DNA from: Candidatus Latescibacterota bacterium
Lineage (GTDB): Bacteria; Latescibacterota; UBA2968
Direction of reading: 5' to 3'
Length of the DNA: 64,000 nucleotides
NCBI GenBank assembly: GCA_965204745.1
Contig: OZ242010.1
Location: 2,912,001-2,976,000, forward strand
In this document: positions 57,861 through 64,000 of the stretch, piece by piece
How the letters are laid out: each line of letters starts with the position of its first letter
How positions within the stretch are numbered: the stretch's first letter is position 1
Notes under the pieces: generated by a model
What the model saw: only the letters and a program-made list of their open reading frames with translations
Database searches by the model: none
Told to the model about the DNA's origin: nothing
Position numbers and translations under genes: made by a program

Positions 57861-59099
57861 CTAATCCGCATCCTTTCGAGAACTGAAGCAGTACAGGTAT
57901 TCAAACCCCCGCAAATACATTCGGTCGCCCGCAAACACCGGCGACGAGCGATACCCCTCTATCGCATTGCGGGCCAATTCGCGGTACGTCCGTCCCAACC
58001 CAAGGACCAGAGTCGTCCCAGTCTCGGAGCCGACGAACAACTTGTCGCCGGCCAAAGTAACCGAGGGATAGGCACTTTCGCTCCCGCCGCCCAAGTTCAG
58101 CCTCTTTTGATAGACCACTTCGCCCGTGTTCGCGTCGATAACCGCGAACATCTCCTCGCGCGAAATCGCGTACACCAGCCCCTCGTGGATCACCGATGAG
58201 GCATAGTGCCGCGAACCTCGGATGCGCGTCGTCCACCGCACAGGCGTGGGAAACGAATCCGCCACAATCCTGGACAGGCGGCCTAGCCACCCCTCGGGCG
58301 TAAAAGCGGGCATAGCCGTGGGCAACTCGACTGCTTGGGCTTTTTTCTGGATGAAATACACCACCCCGTCCTGCACCACCGGCGCGGCGTATTCCAATTT
58401 GCCGATCTCCTCGGCGAGTTGCTGACCATCCGCGGCCCGGAACACATCGCCCGACGGCGTGATAACCACATCGACCCCACTGATCTTCGTCACCGCCGGC
58501 GATCCCCACTTCGCCTTGGACGACACCCGCCACTTTTCCGCGCCCGTGACCGGATCGAGCCCGAACAGATCGACCAGATGGACGATGAGCACCCCTCCGC
58601 CCAAGACCGGCGAGGCACTGATTCCCCATTCGTGTTGCGGCTTTTGCACGATCCGCGCCCATAGCAATTCCCCATCTACTGTATGCGCCGCCACCGCGCC
58701 GACCCCAAAGACCGAGAACACGCGCTCTCCATCGGTTACCGGCGTCGGCGTAGTGTACCCATTGCTCTCGTGCGCCGAGATAGGCTCGAACGCCACCACA
58801 TCTCCCAAGGCGTGTTGCCACAGGATAGACCCGTCGTTCTGGTCCACGGCCATGATCTGATCCGGCTCGCTGCAAACGAACAAGCGTCCTCCCTCGGCCC
58901 ACAGCACTGGCGAGGCGTTTGACCAAGCGGGCATGGCCGTCTTCCACACCACATTGTCGTCGGGCGACCAATGAATCGGCGGATTCGCGTCGGGATACCG
59001 CCCATCGCCATCCATGCGCCACCCCACAGGCTCTGCGCCCACAGGGGCCTTAAAAGAAAAAACGAACCACAAGACGAAATAACAGGTAGGTCGAATCAT
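57861..59099 (-). CDS. PQQ-binding-like beta-propeller protein (BamB-like repeats)
   Basis: Signal peptide; NVVWKT, ASPV, PTPVTDG, ASPVL, SSPVFAGDRMYLRG..LYCF. Confidence 0.85.
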   Translation of the reverse strand: MIRPTCYFVLWFVFSFKAPVGAEPVGWRMDGDGRYPDANPPIHWSPDDNVVWKTAMPAWSNASPVLWAEGGRLFVCSEPDQIMAVDQNDGSILWQHALGDVVAFEPISAHESNGYTTPTPVTDGERVFSVFGVGAVAAHTVDGELLWARIVQKPQHEWGISASPVLGGGVLIVHLVDLFGLDPVTGAEKWRVSSKAKWGSPAVTKISGVDVVITPSGDVFRAADGQQLAEEIGKLEYAAPVVQDGVVYFIQKKAQAVELPTAMPAFTPEGWLGRLSRIVADSFPTPVRWTTRIRGSRHYASSVIHEGLVYAISREEMFAVIDANTGEVVYQKRLNLGGGSESAYPSVTLAGDKLFVGSETGTTLVLGLGRTYRELARNAIEGYRSSPVFAGDRMYLRGFEYLYCFSSRKDAD

Positions 59100-59124
59100 C
59101 GCTTTACTCCGAATGGAAAGGTGT

Positions 59125-59198
59125 AAGAGGCAAGAGGCAAGAGGCAAGAGGCAAGAGGCAAGAGGCAAGAGGCAAGAGGCAAGAGGCAAGAGGCAAGA
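59125..59198. repeat. 7-bp tandem repeat AAGAGGC x10
   Basis: Perfect array, followed by a GTAG REP-like palindrome at 59206-59232. Confidence 0.97.
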
Positions 59199-59381
59199 CC
59201 TGTGTGTAGGGGCGATGCTCCCGTGCTCGCCCGAAGATACAAGAGGTGTTATCAAAACTGTCTGACAAATTATATTCGCAAAAAAATAAATCAAGCGGAT
59301 ACACATTACAACGCGCTGGGGTCAGGCCAGCGTCTTCCACGACAGCGGGTAGCCACAGCGCGTACACCCCGCAACGATGAT

Positions 59382-60266
59382 TTAGACCCGCGGTTTTCTC
59401 TGTTGCACAATCAGCCCTGCAATGATCAGCACCAACCCGACAAATGTGGAGGGGAATATATCTTCGCCGACCAAGAAGTGGATGAACGCCAGGGACAAAA
59501 ACGGGGAGAGGAAAATCAAATTGCCGATTCGCGCTGTGCTGTCCGTTCGCTTCATCGCCGACAGCCACAGCACGAACGCAATGCCCATTTCAAAAACCCC
59601 GATATAGATCGCGCCGCACGCGCCCAAGAGATCGGCCCGCACCTCTGAAAACGCAACGCAAATTGCAAACGCGACGGGCAATGCACACGCGAAATTCAGG
59701 AACACGCCCACGACCGGATCGCGCGTATCCCGCTTGTTAAAAATCCAGTACAACGCCCACAACACGCTGCTGAACAATGCCAGTCCCACGCCCAACGGAT
59801 TGGAAAACCGAAACCCCAGCACGTCGCCCCGGGTGGAAATCACGAACACGCCCGCATAACTCACCGCGCCGCCGATCACATCCCACACGGCCAACTTTTG
59901 GTTCAAAAGCGGAATGGACAACAGCGCGAGGGCGATGGCCCACGTATAATTCAGGGGTTGCGCTTCCTGTGCGGGCAACAGGTCATACGCCTGTAGCAAC
60001 ACCAAATAGTAAGCACACGGATTGAGCATCCCCAAGCCCAAGGATTGCAAATACTGTTGCCGCGTACACAAAAAAACCGCCGCCCATTTGCCCTGAGCAC
60101 CGAGAATAATGCCCAGGACAATGACCGACGTCAACACTGCGTAAAACAACAACTGAATGGGGTCTAAAACGCGCAACGACAACTTAAATGCCGTCGCAGC
60201 AGTGGACCACAGGAACACGGTCAAAATAGCGTAGAGATATGCCTGTGTCTGCGTGGACATGTCCAT
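59382..60266 (-). CDS. DMT/EamA family transporter
   Basis: Two ~5-TM repeats; LWSTAATAFK, AQPLNYTW, LIFLSPFLS. Confidence 0.88.
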   Translation of the reverse strand: MDMSTQTQAYLYAILTVFLWSTAATAFKLSLRVLDPIQLLFYAVLTSVIVLGIILGAQGKWAAVFLCTRQQYLQSLGLGMLNPCAYYLVLLQAYDLLPAQEAQPLNYTWAIALALLSIPLLNQKLAVWDVIGGAVSYAGVFVISTRGDVLGFRFSNPLGVGLALFSSVLWALYWIFNKRDTRDPVVGVFLNFACALPVAFAICVAFSEVRADLLGACGAIYIGVFEMGIAFVLWLSAMKRTDSTARIGNLIFLSPFLSLAFIHFLVGEDIFPSTFVGLVLIIAGLIVQQRKPRV

Positions 60267-60269
60267 CCT

Positions 60270-60378
60270 CCCCGCTTCCGCTCCGCCGCCCAAGTGCGTG
60301 CCCATCCCCGCTTCCACTCCGCCGCCCAAGTGCGTGCCCCGCTCATCCACCCATCCGCCCGTGCGTGCCCATCCCACC
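60270..60378 (-). repeat. GGGCACGCAC(TT)GGGCGG dispersed repeat cluster
   Basis: Reverse complement of 33205-33311; includes a ~36-bp tandem pair. Confidence 0.75.
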
Positions 60379-60473
60379 TCCACATCGCCTTGTGCGTTAT
60401 CCTAGCCCATCTTCCCCGACCTCTTGTATCTCGCGGCTGTCTATGCGTTGTAGATTCCGCTCGATACCTAATC

Positions 60474-60665
60474 GGACAGGCACGGGCCCCCTGTCCCTAC
60501 GATATCACATCTCGCCTTTGGGCGGCTGGGCGGCCTTCTTCCCTCTTGCGTCTCCCCTCTCACCGCTTCAGGCGGCTGGGCGGGGACTGACAACTGACAA
60601 CTGACAACTGACAACTTGAGGACAGCGCGGTGGCCTTCTCCCCTCTCACGTCTCCCCTCTTGTAT
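60474..60665. repeat. GTAG REP-like palindrome, ACTGACA x4 and pyrimidine heptamers
   Basis: GGACAGG..CCTGTCCCTAC at 60474-60500; ACTGACA array at 60586-60616. Confidence 0.8.
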
Positions 60666-60688
60666 CTTGGGATCAAGGGTTAATTTAG

Positions 60689-60840
60689 GTGTTGCGCCCT
60701 CGCATCGAGACAAGCCATCTTGATGCCCGGCTCGGGGAAGGCCGGCCCCTCTTGAAGGCGATGACCTTGTACGGGAGATAGGCCCCCCGACCGCCGGGTC
60801 TATGCCGAAGAGTATCTAAGCCCCTTGAGGCTGCATATAC
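60689..60840. ncRNA. Candidate structured ncRNA (6S-RNA-like long hairpin with central bubble)
   Basis: Nested complementarity: TGCGCCCTC/GAGGCTGCA, CCCGGC/GCCGGG, TCGGGG/CCCCGA, GGCC/GGCC, CTCTTG/CGGGAG, AAGG/CCTT. Confidence 0.45.
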
Positions 60841-60850
60841 AAGAGTATCT

Positions 60851-60992
60851 CCCTTCTTACGTCTCACCTCTCACCTCTCCCTTCTTACGTCTCACCTCTC
60901 ACCTCTCCCTTCTCACCTCTCCCTTCTCACCTCTCCCTTCTCACCTCTCCCTTCTCACCTCTCCCTTCTCACCTCTCCCTTCTCACCTCTCC
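60851..60992. repeat. 14-bp array CTCACCTCTCCCTT
   Basis: Begins within the last codons of the RraA-like gene. Confidence 0.92.
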
Positions 60993-61729
60993 CCGCCTTT
61001 CCACGCCTCGTATTCTACCCGCGCTTCATCCGTCAGGGGATAATACTTTCGCAAATCGCCTCCTTCGGCGAGTTTCATCCGGCTGAAGACCTCCCACTCG
61101 GCGTGTTCGGTCGCCTTTTCGGCCAGCTCGGGCGCGAGTTTGATCGGCACCACCACCGCGCCATCGTCATCCGCGATGACGATATCCCCGGGCATGACCA
61201 GCGTGCCCCCACACGAGACGGGCACATTCACGGCAAAGGGAAAAATATCGGTCTGCGCGTGAAAATTGGGCGTCGCGCCCTTCAGCCACAACCCGAGATC
61301 CAATTCTCGCGCATGGGGAAAGTCGCGGATACACCCATCGATCACGGCCCCTTGACCGCCTTGACCGCAAAAATAGGTCAGCATCATCTCGCCGAAAACC
61401 CCGCTGCTCATGTTGCCGCACGCATCCACCACGATCACATCCCCCGGTTGCGTGTGGTACAGTGCGTGGCGGTGCAACTGCCGCTCGGGCCCTTGGTACT
61501 CGCCCGACGCGTGCAAATCCTCGCGCTTGGGCATGAATTGCAGGGTCAGCGCAGGCCCACAAACAGATCTGCCCGGGGTTCTCGGCAGAGGGCCCAAAAT
61601 CTGCGGGTCTCGAATGCCCAACTTGAACAACTCGCCGCTGGCGGTCGCGCTGCCGACATGCGACAGCGCGTCGATCAACTCCTTGGGCGGTCGGTCGATA
61701 TCTCGCGTTTGAATGGACTGCATATTCAT
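60983..61729 (-). CDS. RraA/HMG-aldolase family protein
   Basis: GPALTLQF, PGDVIVVDA, FGEMM, IDGCIRD, PGDIVIADDDGAVVVP. Confidence 0.88.
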   Translation of the reverse strand: MNMQSIQTRDIDRPPKELIDALSHVGSATASGELFKLGIRDPQILGPLPRTPGRSVCGPALTLQFMPKREDLHASGEYQGPERQLHRHALYHTQPGDVIVVDACGNMSSGVFGEMMLTYFCGQGGQGAVIDGCIRDFPHARELDLGLWLKGATPNFHAQTDIFPFAVNVPVSCGGTLVMPGDIVIADDDGAVVVPIKLAPELAEKATEHAEWEVFSRMKLAEGGDLRKYYPLTDEARVEYEAWKGGER

Positions 61730-61903
61730 CGTTCACTCCTGTTTTGAAGGTTGGCCCCTGCTCGTCGCAGGCCAATGCCCGTGCCTGCGAGGCAAGGGAG
61801 GGATCATAATTAACGCTGTTTTTCGCAGTTGACAAGAATGGGATTGTTCGGTTTGTTCAGTAGTGCAAGCACGCCATTCTCGTCATCGTCCAAAGGAGGT
61901 ACC

Positions 61904-62776
61904 ATGCTCGGTCTCATCGGACTTGGACTTGTTGGATCAGCACTGATTGAACGCTTTCGCCACAAGGGGTTGGAAATCGCGGGATACGACATCGATCTCG
62001 CAAAAATAAAGGCCCACGAAGGCGATGGTTTTACGCCCTGCACGTCGCCCGCCGATGTCGCTGGCAAAGCGCGGCGCATCGCCTTGTCGCTTCCCGATTC
62101 CCATGTGGTCAACGACGTGGTCACCGGGGACAAGGGCATTTTGTCTGCGGCATTTCCCGGCGCGATCATCGTCGATACCACCACGGCCGATCCCCAAATG
62201 TCAACCGCCCTTGCCAAACGCCTCGAAAGCCGAAGCATCCGCTTTTTGGACGCCACCATTCTCGGCTCTAGCAAGCAAGTGCGCGAGGCCGATGTGCTCG
62301 TGATGGTGGGCGGCACCTTGCCGGTCTTTGAACTGTGTACGGACATTTTCGACGCCTTTGCCCTCAAAACCTTTCACATGGGGCCTTCCGGCAAGGGTGC
62401 GGAAGCCAAACTCATCGTCAACCTCGTGCTCGGCCTCAACCGCCTCGTGTTGGCCGAGGGCTTGGTCTTGGCGCAAAAAACGGGCGTTGACATCGACGTT
62501 TTGCTCGACGTGTTCAAAATGGGCGGCGCGTATTCCCGCGTGATGGACATTAAGGGCGAAAAAATGATCCACGGCGATTTCACCACGCAGGCCGCATTGG
62601 ATCAGCACCTCAAAGACGTGGAACTCATCCTCGACTTGGGCGCGCGCACGGAAACGCCATTGCCCGTCACCGGCCTCCACGCGCAACTCCTCCGCACGGG
62701 CGTCGCCCTCGGCCTCGCAGAACGCGACAACTCCGCCATCGTCGAAGTCTTGCGAAAACTGGCGGGCATTGCCTGA
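61904..62776 (+). CDS. NAD(P)-dependent 3-hydroxyisobutyrate/6-phosphogluconate dehydrogenase family oxidoreductase
   Basis: IGLGLVG, VDTTT, FLDATILG, AKLIVN, HLKD; AAAGGAGG RBS. Confidence 0.88.
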   Translation: MLGLIGLGLVGSALIERFRHKGLEIAGYDIDLAKIKAHEGDGFTPCTSPADVAGKARRIALSLPDSHVVNDVVTGDKGILSAAFPGAIIVDTTTADPQMSTALAKRLESRSIRFLDATILGSSKQVREADVLVMVGGTLPVFELCTDIFDAFALKTFHMGPSGKGAEAKLIVNLVLGLNRLVLAEGLVLAQKTGVDIDVLLDVFKMGGAYSRVMDIKGEKMIHGDFTTQAALDQHLKDVELILDLGARTETPLPVTGLHAQLLRTGVALGLAERDNSAIVEVLRKLAGIA

Positions 62777-62800
62777 TACATCACACCAAAGGAATATCTC

Positions 62801-63640
62801 ATGATCATCGACACCCACGTTCACTTTTACGACCCGACGCGGCCCGGCGGCGTGCCTTGGCCGCCCAAAGACAACGCCTTGCTCTACCGCCCCATCTTGC
62901 CGCACCACTTTGTCGAGCGCACCAAAAACATGGGCATAACGGGCACGGTCGTCGTTGAAGCCAGCAAGTTGGTCGAGGACAATCAGTGGATTTTGGACCT
63001 CGCGGCAGACAATCCCTGCATCGTCGGCTTTGTGGGCAACTTGGATCCCAAATCCGACGACTTTGAAAAAAACCTCGACCGCTTTTCCGCCAACCCCTTG
63101 TATCGCGGGATTCGCTTGGGCCTTCAGCGCGGCAGCCTGCAAGACCAAAACGCCCTGATGCCGCAACTCCAACAACTGGCGGACCGCGATTTGCAACTCG
63201 ACCTGATGACCAATGGGAAACAACTCGCCACCAACGCCGCGATTGCCGAGCAACTCCCCACTCTGCGCTTGGTCATCGACCATGTGGGGCACGTCGAAGT
63301 CACGGGCGAAGCCCCGGATCCCGAATGGGTGCAGGGCATGCAAACTATCGCCCAATACCCCAATGTGTATTGCAAAGTATCGGGCATGGTGGAACGCGCT
63401 ACCCAACAACCCGCGCCGTCTGACCCTGCGTATTACGCGCCAACTTTGGACGTTCTGTGGGATGCCTTTGGCGAAGACCGCCTGATCTACGGTAGCAACT
63501 GGCTCGTGTGCGAACGCGCGGCCCCTTACGAAACCGTGCTTTCTATCGCCACGCACTACATCGAGACCAAAGGGCCGGAAGCGATGGAGAAGTTCTTCTG
63601 GAAAAATTCCAAAGCCGCTTACAAGTGGATCGAGAGGTGA
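62801..63640 (+). CDS. Amidohydrolase_2 family protein (sugar-lactonase-like)
   Basis: IDTHVH, VIDHVG, NVYCKVSG, FGEDRLIYGSNW. Confidence 0.88.
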   Translation: MIIDTHVHFYDPTRPGGVPWPPKDNALLYRPILPHHFVERTKNMGITGTVVVEASKLVEDNQWILDLAADNPCIVGFVGNLDPKSDDFEKNLDRFSANPLYRGIRLGLQRGSLQDQNALMPQLQQLADRDLQLDLMTNGKQLATNAAIAEQLPTLRLVIDHVGHVEVTGEAPDPEWVQGMQTIAQYPNVYCKVSGMVERATQQPAPSDPAYYAPTLDVLWDAFGEDRLIYGSNWLVCERAAPYETVLSIATHYIETKGPEAMEKFFWKNSKAAYKWIER

Positions 63641-63780
63641 GATGGGAGAGGTAAGAGGTAAGAGGTAAGAGGCGAGAGAGGGAAGAGGGAAGAGGCGAGA
63701 GGGGTGGCCTTCTCACGTCTTGCCTCTCACCTCTCACCTTTTTGGGCGATGCCCCCGTGTTCGCCCTAAGATACGAGATG
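63632..63780 (+). repeat. Purine heptamers, GGGTGGCC, pyrimidine heptamers, T-tract, plus REP-like palindrome
   Basis: Starts in the last codons of the amidohydrolase; palindrome at 63744-63766 matches 13093-13114. Confidence 0.85.
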
Positions 63781-63922
63781 GGAGTAGGTGGTTGGTGCAT
63801 GAATTTTTTTGACCAAGTGCAATTTTTGTCTATCATAGCCATATATAAACCACTTGAAGGAAATGCACAATTCATTTTCGCAAAACGATTGTGCAGGACA
63901 TCATGCCGCTGAGGAGACACAA

Positions 63923-64000
63923 ATGAACTTCAAAATTGGAGAACTTTTCTGCGGGCCTGGCGGGTTGGCATTAGGGGCTATGCGGTCCTCTGTCGAGAAG
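63923..64000 (+). CDS. DNA (cytosine-5) methyltransferase, 5' end
   Basis: GAGGAG RBS; MNFKIGELFCGPGGLALG is C5-MTase motif I at the extreme N-terminus. Confidence 0.75.
   Translation, partial: MNFKIGELFCGPGGLALGAMRSSVEK

Noticed and set aside
60270-60378. Possible mini CRISPR array
   Set aside because: Units are tandem or degenerate, without unique spacers of constant length; no cas genes.
60689-60840. SRP RNA, tmRNA or tRNA identity for the hairpin
   Set aside because: Lacks the SRP GGAA-loop/GCAGC motif, tRNA-like ends and a T-loop.

Overview
GC-rich Gram-negative bacterial chromosome segment. The gene mix (tandem PhyH dioxygenases, PQQ-like propeller, lamin-tail and FN3 proteins, MTase-HNH fusion) suggests an FCB-group organism such as Latescibacterota or Gemmatimonadota, possibly host- or sponge-associated; this is inference only. 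The backbone is housekeeping: clpC, lolD, lysS, prfB (programmed frameshift), lolA, an FtsK-4TM-only gene, tsaD, NhaC, moaDE, a nicotinate PRTase, def, a GT2, TonB/ExbBD, an ECF-sigma/RND operon, thrC, batDE and a broken nuoABCD-H operon. Several lower-GC accessory, defence-like inserts are interspersed: (i) a three-gene module bracketed by ~130-bp direct repeats, with an overprinted gene pair; (ii) a solo HsdR-N nuclease; (iii) an ABC-ATPase plus PIN pair; (iv) an MTase-HNH fusion plus a HEPN-motif gene; (v) an acidic protein plus SNF2 helicase inserted between nuoD and nuoH with 15-bp junction repeats; (vi) an orphan membrane gene; (vii) a C5-MTase at the right edge. Many intergenic regions carry 7/14/21-bp tandem arrays and REP-like palindromes that follow an apparent orientation rule relative to transcription. 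A ~150-nt 6S-like hairpin is an ncRNA candidate. No rRNA, tRNA, CRISPR array, integrase or transposase was recognised. All family calls come from motif recognition by eye; no database searches were run.
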